Below are positions 20,500-33,554 of a stretch of DNA of 64,000 nucleotides, in pieces (positions within the stretch are counted from its first letter, which is position 1; each line of letters starts with the position of its first letter). The DNA is from Mesotaenium endlicherianum (Eukaryota): assembly GCA_009602735.1 (NCBI GenBank), contig WELA01003449.1:720692-784691 (forward strand). Reading direction: 5' to 3'. The position numbers and the translations under genes were made by a program. Under the pieces are notes generated by a model. The model was not told the origin of the DNA, did no database searches, and saw only the letters and a list, made by a program, of their open reading frames with translations.

Positions 20500-22430
20500 T
20501 TTAAGACTAATTTTAATTAAAATGATTTAGTATACAGAGAAATATGGTAGAGACAAAGGGGGCAAGTAGTTGCATCAAAATGTGTGAGTTGCATCATACA
20601 TGGTGCTCCGGGCTATCTAGTGTGAAGTGAACTTTGCAAAGTGAACTCCGCGGTATAGGAAGCTAGAGGCCAATCACATCATGACATTCATTAAAACATA
20701 GGCAATGAGTCAACGATGTGTCGCAACCTTTAAAGTCTTAGTGGAGAAATTTCATATTTAGCGAAAGCAATGATTGTAGATAGAAACATGGAGAAGAATA
20801 GCTCAATATCATTTCTTTATCACATGATAAGGTATATTTTGGTTCCAAGATATAAATTGGCTAAAGTTATGCCTTTAGATCAAGATGGAGCAACATTGTA
20901 CTGCACACACCTTTAAAATGTGCAAGTGATGATAATATCAAACTGATTAGCTGAATAGGCGCTGTGAATTTCAAGCGTCAATGGGTGGAAAGTCAAAGGG
21001 ATCCACTCTCAATAACTTACTTCATTTGGGATTAAAATACCACCAGATTGGGTTGTTGAAAATTTCACCACATGAGCTTATGAATGGATCAATTGTGTGT
21101 AAATTGCACAAGCATCAATAGCAAAAATATTGGGACTTGTCTATATTTTGACAATTGTTTGACTCTTGGAAGACCCTTAACAAAGGAAAATTGCTTCTTT
21201 CAACTTCAAATTTCAGAATGTGCTCCAAACTAGCCATTTGGATCCCGCGCTCTTTGTGTAAAAAACCCCATCCTTGAACGTTATACTTAAACTCCATTCT
21301 CCAGTGGAATTCTTTAACAACTTGTTACTTGCATTTTCAACAACTTGTTAATTTCACAAAACTTCTTTGGGAAGAGGAGCAATGATTGTTAGAAAGATGA
21401 TTGGACTTGATGAAGTCGAATTGAGCCATTCCAATCGTCAACTTAATGGTCTATATTTTATGTGGGAAAAATGAAGCAATTTCATCGTCCAAGATTTCAT
21501 TTGCAATTCAACTGTCAAGTATCGCTTTGCAACCACACATACATGAACACAATTTCAATTAAAAAGACATTGTGTGTTCAACTAAACGTGTCAAACCAAT
21601 AACAATGTTTTCTAACTCTATACGACTTTGCAAACTCTCTACTATTCCTGGTTTTCGAGGTTACAAATTAGTGGTACTATTGCATGTACTTACTTTAGAA
21701 CCAATTGCAAACAAGAGTCTAACTGACCATGCACTCAAACCAACGGTGGTCAAACGTGAAATCAATTTGAAAGTGTTGCAAGCACCGTTACTTTCAAAAA
21801 GAATTTGTATTGTTTTTATTATAACTTATAACTTACTTTGTAATCTACTCCTGAACTTTGGGAACCATAATATCTTATATTTTGGGAGGGGCCGGTCCCA
21901 TTTGACGTTGATGGCAAGGGTTGCAGAGCACTTCCCAACGACTTATCAGCAAGTGGCTGGGAATTCCCATATATTTTGCGCCCCTCTGTGGACTATTTTC
22001 AGGGTGTACAAGCACACGAAAAACTAACACAATGGCATATGCAATCCAAATCAAATGTGAACATTGCATATTTACATATGCTCATGCGCTCGAGTTCGTA
22101 ACATGAATACTACAGAAGGCAGTTCACTCATAATAGTATTTACTCGAAAGTCATTGATTAAACTTAGCACTCGATTGATTCATCTAAAAAGTTTTCCCAT
22201 GTTGCAAACGTTATCATCATTTGACGTCTGCAATTGGCACAGGCTCCTTATATCAACAAATGATATGTTATGAATAGTTTCTCCAAACATACACATTTGA
22301 CGCTTAATAGGTGCATCGAAGCTTATGTTGGATATGAATAAGCTTTAGAAATTTATGAAAAAGAATGCATGCATTGCTGATGGCTCACTCCTCACTGCTG
22401 ACGACGCTCTTGTTTTTTGCATTGCAACAA
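20500..22430. other. AT-rich, CpG-poor tract, probably a decayed repeat or transposon relic
   Basis: Abrupt compositional shift, only short broken ORFs, no recognisable domain. Confidence 0.25.
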
Positions 22431-22673
22431 AAAACGATGAAGCATCATGGCCCCCTTTTACTTCCTCTTTAAGACTTGAGTAATATCGACAGTTTGTAGG
22501 TACTTGCTAAAGCACAACTCACAATTGTAGAAGCACCTAGAGACTGCAAGAAGTTGCTGGCTATACAGATTTGACAGGAAAGGTTACAACACTATTAAAC
22601 TGCGGTCTACCACCTCTGAATCTGCCCAACATCCCAACCAATTTATAACACGATACTCTCGCACAAGGACAAG

Positions 22674-25365
22674 TTATTCCTCAGGAGCGGCGAGTTCTAA
22701 AGCTTTCTGCTTTTCCCTTCTCTCCTCCAAGACTACAGCTTTGTGACTCAACCGAAGCTGACCCTTCATATTAATCTGCAAGAACAAAAGCAGTGGCGTC
22801 AGGACGAGCAGGCCAGACAACACTCGTGACCCACCACAGGCAACATCAAGGCCAGCATGAAGACGGGGAAGCCAAAGAGCAGTCCTTGGTTGCGGCTCTC
22901 TATGCAGCAACAATGATGCAATGGTACCGGCACACCAGCAGTACATAACACGTGTCAGCGTCGAGTGTCAAACATGGCCTCACCTCTAGGAGCTTGACGT
23001 CCAAGCGATCTCCCTCCTTGGTAAACTGCTCAGAAATCGAATGCAGAAACAGAACACCACAGCATAAGAGGACCACACCCTCACAAAATGCCTGTCCTCG
23101 TTCCAAGTCCTTGTGGTCCTCAAGTGGGCGGATGCAGAGAAACTCCCGGCATCGTGGTAGAAGCCAGGAGAGATGCAGGCGTTCCTTTCAACCAGATCCA
23201 CGTCGATCAAATCGACTGCTTCACGTGAAGCGGACAGTTTGCTGTAGCCAGTGCGCTTCTCGCGTGCAGCAGAGACAGGCCCCCTGCATTCCCGTCCGTC
23301 ATGCCACCAGAGCAGAGGGAGTGGCAAGGTCCGGATGTTCCCAGCAAAAGCTCGTGAAGCTCAGGTCAATCCATGAAAAGCACCACACAGGCAGCGTGAG
23401 CGAGAATGAAATGGACTTACATCTTCCACCTTGTCTATTCTGGCTGTGGTGAACTCGCTGACGTGCACCAGACCCTGCAGCAAGCAACAAGCCATAGTGA
23501 ATCTTGCAGCATTAGTTCCGGTTGCAGAATCCAATGGTGACGACAACTGTGCCCGGCGCAGGAGGAGGGAGGGAGGGGAGGAGGGAGGGAGGGGAGGAGA
23601 AAGGAGGGAGGGAGGGAGGTGAATGCTTCTTGAATGGCTGAGCTGCACAGGAGGAGCTGGGTGCAGGCATCAATGACATATTCCCCCTCAAGACGCCAGA
23701 CTCATGTAAGCCCTCAGTGCTGCTATCCCCAGGAGCTGAAGACTAGCCCATACATGGTAGCGCTAGATATCGGGCCGTCTTTCTGGAACGCACTCTATCC
23801 TTAAGGTGCATCTTCCAGCACCCAGATTCAGCTCGCCAGCAGACAATAGCTTTGCTGTCTGCAAAGGGGTCTCTAGCTTCAGAAGAGAAGGTGGGACGCA
23901 GATGAAAGCAGCACAGAAGGTACAACAGCAGCGCAAGACATCTGGAGAAGCGTCTTGCATGGGCTGAGCCGCGTGCTGTGCGAGTCACTCACCTCTTTGC
24001 CCGGCGCAATCTCCACAAAGGCCCCAAACGTCGTGATGTTCTTCACCAAGCAATTTCTGCCACAAACGATTGTAAAGGGGGGGGACACGGAAGGGTGGAA
24101 GGNNNNNNNNNNNNNNNNNNNNNNNNNNNNNNNNNNNNNNNNNNNNNNGGGGGGGGGAGAAAATAAGCATGTTAGAAACGTACGTTGGGGCCTCAGCCTC
24201 TCCATACCCAGCAGCTAGCTGCTACCCTGCTAGTCTCTGATCTCTGCCCCAAGCAGCTGCCTTACGCAAGGCCACGTGTGCACCTTCTGCGTCCTCAAAA
24301 TTGTGACAGCATCACCTGTGAAAGCTGCTGACAGCGTGTACCGCAACTTGCTCGGCATACTGACTGCCTCGTGTGCATCTTGCAAGCACTCCTCGTACAC
24401 CCACGCGCACGCGCACGTGCGCACCCAGTTCCCGACAACTGACGGAGGGCGTGACGTGACCCTCTCACCTGTAGATCTTGCCGACTTGCGGCGTCATGGT
24501 GATGCCCTCAATGCGCGCGCACGCCTTGTCCAGCCCCTCCTTCGTCTTGGACACCACTTTCACCTGCAACCCCCCCGCGAGCACCCAACCGTCAGAACAA
24601 GACTTCCCGGCTCCACCCACATTTGGCTCGTGGGCCATCGTGACCGCAGCTGCTCTCTTGGTGAAGAGACTCTGCAAAGGCACAAGCCTCTATGGCTTCA
24701 GATTAGGGCATATTGGAGGAGTTTAGGATAGCTATTTCACATTTCAGCTTTCCAGAGAGGGTTTAGTCGAAAAGCGCGGCTCTGACGCACTCCTCCCCGG
24801 CCAGCTCACTGACTGCACCACTGGATGCACTGCATCACTTGCAGCACAAGCCGCTGGAAGGAGGAGCATTCCCTCAATCTCTTGCTTCATCGATACCACT
24901 CCAACTCCTCCTCGTTTTCAGTGACTTCCCCATCGTGGAGAACAATGTAGCCCGGCTGCCCCGGGCACTTGCTGACTAGCAGACCAATCATTGCTGAACG
25001 TGCATGCCCATAGGAGAGGCATGGAGGGAACCCAGAGGAGGAGGAGGAGGAGGAAGAGGAGAAGGAAGATGGAGCCGGGGGTGAAGGGGGGGGGTAGGGG
25101 AGGGGCTGACAATGCCGTCATCCTCGATGTCCACGCTCTCCACTCCGCAGTCCTCCACGATGGCCTTGATGGTCTTGCCGCCACTTCCGATCACGGCCGC
25201 CACTTTGTCCGTATCCACCTGCAGCGCCACCACCGAGTCAGCAGCAGTCCATGCCTTGGTGCTCATTCTTTTCCTGGGAACTGGCGTGGTGTGCACGAGC
25301 AGCGGCTGAGCATCCATGCAGGTGGTGACGAAGATTCCTTCCTCTTGCCTGTGCATGTGCATGTG

Positions 25366-25401
<36 letters not shown>

Positions 25402-26547
25402 TGCACGATACAAGCCGACAGATGTCTGGTGCAAAGGGAGCCATGCCTTGGACTGCATCTTCAGGAGATTGTGGAGCGGGGACCCGCAAAAGGAATGCAA
25501 ACACCTCAGCCTCCCACTATCCACTTCTCACCCATCTTTCCAAGCTGCTACGAGCGTCACACGCGCGAAGGAAGCACGGCAGTGGCAGTGACGGAGGCAG
25601 AGGCGGCTGCTGCTGCAAGCCCTTGAAATTGCGGCACGCGTGACCAGTCTGCTTGGCCCCAGTCCGAACCTGCCACCGCAGAAGGCAGCCCCCGAAAGCC
25701 GACAACACGAGGTTGATTGGCCTGCAGGACCATCATCCCACGCTGGCTGGATAGGTGATCGTACCTTAATGAGCCTGATCAGAGGTGCATAGACCGACAG
25801 CTGCTGAGCCGGAGCCGGCCAGCACTTGGCCATTTCACCTGCCACCACCGGCGCAGCCGCACGTGTCAGGAGCGACGCGCCGGAGGGAGTGCGGCAGGAC
25901 GAGAGACGCACTTGCACAGGCGGTGTGATTCCTAGCAGCTGTGCGTGCACTCAGGAGGCCGCATCTTCCGCAAGCCTTTCCGCATCCGCCCGTCACCTCT
26001 GCGCACATAACTGGCTGCTACAGCAGAGGGCAGGCCAGGGCAGGCCAGGCCAGGGCAGGGCAGGGTAAGGGGGAAGTGTTAAAAACACACCCACTCGCAC
26101 GCACTCACACACATCTGCACACACGCCACACGCACCTAGGATGTGGCAGCGTCCAGCCTTGGCCTGAGCCAGCGCCTTCTCCATCACCGCGATGGTGATG
26201 CCCTCCACCTGGCACCTCCCGGTCCCCGCAAGCCTGTGTGAGCTCAAGCCCCAAGTGTGACCGTCCTACTCTCCCTCTGTCTCTCCCTCGTGTTCTGTGC
26301 GCGTAGGACACCTGCGTTTCCCCCAAACGGCCTTGAGTGCTCGGTGCCCCAGAGGGCTGAGCTGAATTCCAGGGGCGGCAGCAGGGCCAGCTAGGGAGGG
26401 GTGCAGCTCTAAGGAGCGCAAGACAACAGGCCCGCCACGCCTCGGTCCGACTTTCATGGAGGAAGCAAGCAGGTGCATTGCATGCTGTCGCAAGGAGCAA
26501 TCCTCAAATCAGCGAAGTGAGGGATGCGAGCATAATGGCTGTAGGAG

Positions 26548-26587
<40 letters not shown>

Positions 26588-28050
26588 GCACCTTGATGTC
26601 CATCTGGAAAGCTGTGACTCCATCCTCAGTGCCCGCCACCTGGCACCACAGAGAGCTCAAGGGCGTCAGCACAGAAGGCATCAATTAGCGGAAGCAACTG
26701 CAAGAGGCTGTTCTCCAACGGCCCTCCCTCATTCTCCTCCAGAGAAAAGCAGCATCAGCCCCTTTCCTCTCTCCCCGCCCTGAAAATGGTGCTCGATCAG
26801 TAAAGGCGACGAAAAGACAGCCCACCAGGTCAGTAACACCGGCGACTGACTCAAAACTCCACCATAGCGAGCTAACCAGCAGGCAAGCCCACAAGCCCGC
26901 AAGTCCCTCCCACAAGCCTCCCTCCCTTTATACCTCCCTCCCCCACTACGGTTGGCCAGAAGAGGAGGAGGAGAAACAGGCAGGCAGGCACGCAGGCAGG
27001 CAGTAGGCAGGCAGTCAGGCAGGAGGCAAGAGGGCAGGAGGCGGGCAGGGGGAGGTGGTGGTGGAAGAGAGGCAGCAACCTTGAAGTCCATGTCGCCGAG
27101 GGCGTCTTCGGAGCCCAGAATGTCGCTCAGGATGAGGGGCTCGCCGGACCCACCGCACGCGGCCGTGTCCAGGATGAGGCCCATGGCCACGCCCGCCACG
27201 GGCCCCCGCAGGGGCACGCCCGCGTCCATCAGCGCCAGGCACCCCCCGCACACTGACGCCATGCTGCTCGCCCCTCCACCCAGCACTATGAGTGTGAGTA
27301 TAGCTGTGAGGAAAGGCTCGGCTCCCCACACCCCCCCCCCCNNNNNNNNNNNNNNNNNNNNNNNNNNNNNNNNNNNNNNNNNNNNNNNNNNNNNNNNNNN
27401 NNNNNNNNNNNNNNNNNNNNNNNNNNNNNNNNNNNNNNCCCCCCCCCCCCCCCCCTCCCCGCCCTCATCTCTCGCGGCAGCTGCTGGTGCTTCCACAGCT
27501 TGTCCATGTCCCGTTAAAGGGGTCCGTGTTGGGACAGCAACAGACGGGCATGGTGAGTTTCCCGCGTCTTTGTCGTCGTTCGATTTGCGGGGTGCACGCT
27601 GTGACAGCATCAGATGGGATGCACGCGCGCGCCTGGCGCCAATGGAGTCGGCAGATCTGCTACGCCAGACCGAATGGGGTTTCAGGTGGGGAGGAAGTAA
27701 GAGGTTGGAATGAGCAAGCAAGGGAGCGCGCTGCCTGCTCTCGCCAGGCTGTGGAGGGGGCAGGTGCAGGCCTGCTGAGCCAGCTGCCGCTGGGCCAGAC
27801 ACGCCTGCACGCATGAGCGCATCTGTAGACCTGCTTGCGTAGACATCCCAAGTTTGCACCTGCTGCTTTTTCCTCCCTCGGGACGTGACACCCGCTTCTC
27901 AAGGCACGTGTTCACTCTGACGTGATGCCGTCGGACAACCGGCCAGGCCAGGGACGGGGCGCGCAACACATGCGTACGCATACATGCGCAGACACACGTA
28001 TGCGCGCGCACTTGTGTACACACACACACACGCGCGCACACACACACATA

Positions 28051-28082
<32 letters not shown>

Positions 28083-29118
28083 TGCACGCACGCACACACC
28101 CGCGTGCGCGTGTACGCAGACAAAAGTACGCACCTGGAGGAGCCGTTGGACTCGGTGATGGTGCTCTCGAGGCGGATGGTGTAGGGGAACAGCTCCGCGT
28201 CCGGCAGCATGGGCTCGATGGAGCGCTCCGCCAGAGTCCCGTGCCCAATCTCCCGCCGGCTGGGCCCCCCCGTGCGTCCCGTCTCCCCCACTGACGACGG
28301 CGGGAACGAATACTGCACGCCGGACGCCAGGGAGGGACACAAGCCTTGGCGCTGAGTCAGCATCGCGGCACAAGCCAAGTGGGCCTCATACTTGGACCCC
28401 AGACTTGCCCACACTTCTGCAAGGGGAAGAAAGAGCACAGAGAAAGCCCCACGGCTTGTCCCCGCCATCCTCTCCCTACCTGTCCCAGCTCGCCCTAAGC
28501 AGGTACTTCTAGGCATGCCATCCCTCCCTCCTTTCCTCGCATCAACAGCACGAGGAGCACAATATTTGGATGCAGACCAGTGCAAAGTGAGGGGCTTAAA
28601 CCGCTTAACCCCATGTCACGTGCGCGGAACCGTTTGTTGGTGCTGGGGCAAGTGCGGGCGCATCATGGGCATGGCAGCCACACGGAGCGCACCCGGCCAC
28701 CAGTACATTTGCCAGGGCATTGTTCGTGATCAGCGAGTCGCGCATGACGAGCAAGTGCCAACGAGGGAGGCGAGAGGCGATGCGCACGCACGCGGCGGCA
28801 AGCTGATTGGCGGGCAGGCAGGCAGGCAGGCAAGCAGGCAGGCAGGCAGGCAGGTAGGCAGCGGAGGAGGAGGACGAGGAGGAGGAGGAGGAGAGAGGGA
28901 GCGGGCGAGTGCAGCAAGCGAGCAAGCGTGCGAGGAGCGTGCGCCTGCCTGGAGGTAGAAGCGCTTGGAGTCGCGGCTCTCGTTGGCGAGCGAGTCCGTG
29001 CGCTGCCCCATCTCCGTGCCGCCCAGGGTCGCCACCGCCAACGCCTGCTCCCTTGCACATGCGTTGCAGCAACAGCGGCACGTGCGACACCACGCACAGG
29101 ATGCATCAACTCACACAT

Positions 29119-29149
<31 letters not shown>

Positions 29150-32100
29150 AACGCACGCGCGCATGCACGCCCCCGCACACACATATACACACCAACTGCG
29201 GGAGGCAGTGGGGCTGCCCATCTTCCTCGACAATCCCTTACGCTCCCTCTGCTCCCTCTGCTCTCAGAGAAGCAGCTCCTGGACGTTCCTGCAGCTGCTG
29301 CTCTGTATGAGGCCTGCTGCTGCAGATGCCGCAGCCTCAGTCTCTTTCCCCCGCCAGCACCAGCTTTGTGGCCTTGAGCAACACTATGCCTCAATCTTCT
29401 TCAGAGCGCAAGCTTGCCAGACAAGAGGTGCAAGAGTAGGCCAAAGAGGGAACTGCGCTAGGGCCGGGAGAACAGAGGCTGAGACCGCCATCCGGCGCGG
29501 AGGCAGCTGGAGGGCACCAGCAGCTTGTGCTGCTGCTGCTGGGGCCCATTCCAACTGCGACCAGCAAAAAGACGGGCAGTGGGCAGACAGCTGGCAGATA
29601 GAGGAGCCCCGACATGTGCAAGTGTTGCAGGCCCCCGGGGCCTCGCCTCCCTGGAGGCAACAGGAGCTCGAAGCCAGCCGCACCTGTGTCTCCCCGCGGG
29701 TGAAGAGAGCGCTGCCATGTGTCCTTGGCAGGATGCTGCAGGATGCCTCGATCTGACGGATGTCAGTGGGCCCTCTCCCGTCGCTCCTCACCCCCTCCTG
29801 CAACACCCATTTGCGCGCGAGGCACCGCCCAGATGAGAGTATGAAGAGCGGCACAGCACGGGCACGCAGCTTCAGGGCGGCCAAATGCGGGGAGCACATG
29901 TGAGTTCCTGCCTCTGCTTCCCAGCCCTCTGGGCAGCAGGAGACTGACTCCATACCCTTTGCCGGACTGTCTGCTAGTCTCACGGAGACGAGCCCAGAGC
30001 CTGAAGAAGATGTGAGGCTGAGGCACGGAGATGAGATCGTGTAGGGAGGCAGAGGCTTAGGCTGGCTGCGTCTGCATTCTTCCAGAGGGGCCAGGGGAGC
30101 TGCCTCTTTGGAGGAGGAAGAAGGGCCGCACGCCTCGCTGCTCACGGGAGCGGGCATCGTGGGTGTTACGTTTTCCAGACGGCAGGATGAGCTCCGGCGG
30201 CAGCATGGACGCAGAGCACTCCTGCGAGCACACACTTGGAGCAGCAAGAGGGCAGAGGGCAGAGGGCTGAGGGCAGAGGGCAGCTGGAGCCCACCTGCAC
30301 TACAAGGCGGCGCATGGTGAGCGACGAAAGCTCCTTGTACGCCCTCTTGATGTCCGCTGCCTCGTACATCTGCCACGTGTCACCAGGCACGCACGCACGC
30401 ACGCACGGCCCCATCAGCACCCGCACATGGGGCTGCAGGGACTTCCTGGGAAGCAATGCTTTCCGCTTTCCGACCACCCCACCATGGACACCAGATGCAC
30501 TTGTGCACTTTGGCTTCCTCAGCTGCTCTGAGCGCACCAGAGTCCGCTCTGGACCAGTCGCCACCTGGCAGCTAGTCCTGGGAGAGCATGGCGTGCGCGT
30601 AAACTTTATACCCCCCAGGAAGCAGAAATGAGAGGGCAAATGCAGTCGCTCATAGGATTCCTCCTCCAAGGAGGTGGGACAAAGAAAAAGCACTTTCTCC
30701 ACGTCCAACATTTGCCTGTTGTGTGCCTCCCCTCCCCCCCCCNNNNNNNNNNNNNNNNNNNNNNNNNNNNNNNNNNNNNNNNNNNNNNNNNNNNNNNNNN
30801 NNNNNNNNNNNNNNNNNNNNNNNNNNNNNNNNNNNNNNNNNNNNNNNNNNNNNNNNNNNNNNNNNNNNNNNNNNNNNNNNNNNNNNNNNNNNNNNNNNNN
30901 NNNNNNNNNNNNNNNNNNNNNNNNNNNNNNNNNNNNNNNNNNNNNNNNNNNNNNNNNNNNNNNNNNNNNNNNNNNNNNNNNNNNNNNNNNNNNNNNNNNN
31001 NNNNNNNNNNNNNNNNNNNNNNNNNNNNNNNNNNNNNNNNNNNNNNNNNNNNNNNNNNNNNNNNNNNNNNNNNNNNNNNNNNNNNNNNNNNNNNNNNNNN
31101 NNNNNNNNNNNNNNNNNNNNNNNNNNNNNNNNNNNNNNNNNNNNNNNNNNNNNNNNNNNNNNNNNNNNNNNNNNNNNNNNNNNNNNNNNNNNNNNNNNNN
31201 NNNNNNNNNNNNNNNNNNNNNNNNNNNNNNNNNNNNNNNNNNNNNNNNNNNNNNNNNNNNNNNNNNNNNNNNNNNNNNNNNNNNNNNNNNNNNNNNNNNN
31301 NNNNNNNNNNNNNNNNNNNNNNNNNNNNNNNNNNNNNNNNCCCCCCCCCCCCGCCTCCCCGACTAGGCAACCCGTCCTTGCCAGGCTGAAGGAGCGCCTT
31401 GCCTGCAGATCCGGAAGAGGATAAAAGAGCCCGGAGATAAAACAGCACACACACATGCACTCGCTCACATGACACACGCACTCGCGCACAGATACACATG
31501 CACGCGCACGTCCTGAGCACACACACAGACAGGCAGGCGGGCACATGCATACTGCAAGCGGGGCCGCAGGGGCAGGGCGCCGCGGATGATCGGGGCGCAC
31601 GTGCACCTCGCCCTCGTCCACATCGCCGTTCTCTACCACGCCCTCCTCCTCCTTGTCCCACTCCTCCTCCTCTGCCTCCACCTGTCGCCGCCCCAGCCCA
31701 GCCCCAGGAGCTGTCCGGATGTGGGTCATCAGAGCGCCTGTCAGCTCTCTCTCCTTCTCCTTCCACATGGCAGCACACACTGCCCCCCCCCCCTCGGCCC
31801 CCCTCTCACCGAGGGGGGGGGGGCATGCATGCCACGCAAATCCAGGTGGCAGTGTCTTCCATGAGTAGGAGGACAAGTGGGAGGGGCAGGGGGGGCAGGG
31901 CTTTGTCAGGCATGCTAGCAGTGTTCGTGGGTGACCACTGGTCAACAGCAATCTGGGCGGTATTGTCAGCAGCGAGCGTGGCGGCCACTTGCCAGCTCCG
32001 CACATGCAGCTGTTGCGATGCTCGTGCCCCCACACTGCCCTGCCCATGCTGGTCTTAGCCCGCTCCAGAGACTCCTCCCCACGTGCCCTCACTAAGTCTT

Positions 32101-33355
32101 ACAGCAGTGACCAGTAATCACTACTCCTTCCAGCCCCCAATCCCCACCCCCAGCCGCCCTATTCAGGCTACAGCCCTAAACCCAGCCCCAAGCCCTTGCC
32201 CTAAACCTTGGGCGTCCTTCCGTGGGCTGCAACTGCTCCCTGTGGCTTCTCCACCTTCCACCTCCAGCAAGAAGAAGAACGAGAGGAAAGGAAGGAGAAG
32301 GAGAGAGGGTACCGCACAGGGACCACAAAAGGAGGGAGACTATGAGGGGGTTGTGGGTTGGGGGGGNNNNNNNNNNNNNNNNNNNNNNNNNNNNNNNNNN
32401 NNNNNNNNGGGGGGGGGGGGCGGGGAGGGAGAGGAGGGCACCTTGTGCTTAAGGGAAGCAGCAGCAGCTGCAGCCAGCTGCTGGCCCTCTGCGGTGAGGG
32501 CGGCCATCAGACGCTGCTCCATCAGTATGCCAGCTGCCCCCCTCTCCTTCTTGCTGCGCAGACGCAGCGTCTTCTCGAGGTCATCGCCCAGCACCTCCTG
32601 CACTCGCTGCGCCAGATCGCCAGGTGGCGTCCGGACAGCTCCCCCTTGCTTGGGCTTCCCGACCACGGCCGCCCACTCCGTGAGCGCCAGGCACGTCCTC
32701 CTGATAGCCACCTGTTGCACAGAAGCGCGCACGTGCGAAGGGAGGGGGTTGGAGAGGGACGGAGCTGTTGGCCTTTGCTTCTAACAGGGCTGGGCGGGTG
32801 CTGCACTGCTGCTGCTGCGGCTGCTGCTGGTGATGGTGCAGCGCTCGGCACAGAGGCCCCATGGGTTTAGCGGGGCGAGAAGAAGGCACGCGGATGATTG
32901 GTCAGTCAGAGAGAGAAAAGGGAGAGCACTCTATGCAACAGGCAGCGGCATAGCGGAGCAGAGCAGGCTAGACAGCGTTCGCGGTGAGAGTACGGGTAGG
33001 TAAGTGCACTGGGGGGCCCTTATGTGCGCGTGATATCGAGAAGGACAGTAACCCAGGGGGCTGACCGGGCATCCCTCCTACGACACCAAGGCAAAGGCGA
33101 GCCCTGAGTGCCCACACTTGATAGGCTAGTGAGAATGACAAGCACGATCACGCCGCTGGGGACGGGCGGCGGCAGCGGCGGTGGCAGAACCTCCTCGAGG
33201 GGGTGTGCTGGGAGAGTACACAAATGAGGAAGAAAGGTAGGGCGAAGGGGGGGGGGGGAGAGAGAGAAGAGTGCAGTAGCGGGCCTTACGTGGCCGGCGT
33301 CCACAGCCTCCAGGAGCTTCTCCTCCGTCAGCAGGTTGCAGTATCCCTGCCCCAG

Positions 33356-33390
<35 letters not shown>

Positions 33391-33519
33391 AACACACACG
33401 CGCGCGCGCGCGCGCGCGCACAAACCACCGTCATGGGCGTCAGAAGTGAACACACTGGCTTTGCAGGACATGCCTCCGTACGTATGCACACGCGTGCCGA
33501 GTCGCACAACCACAAAGTT

Positions 33520-33554
<35 letters not shown>

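Noticed and set aside
21500..22100. Cys-rich fragments on the minus strand suggestive of a SWIM or other zinc finger of a transposase
   Set aside because: Interrupted by stops and the spacing does not fit a motif I can name
30606..32092. Long ORFs of 230-480 aa spanning the N gap
   Set aside because: Artefacts of N runs and microsatellites inside PNPase introns
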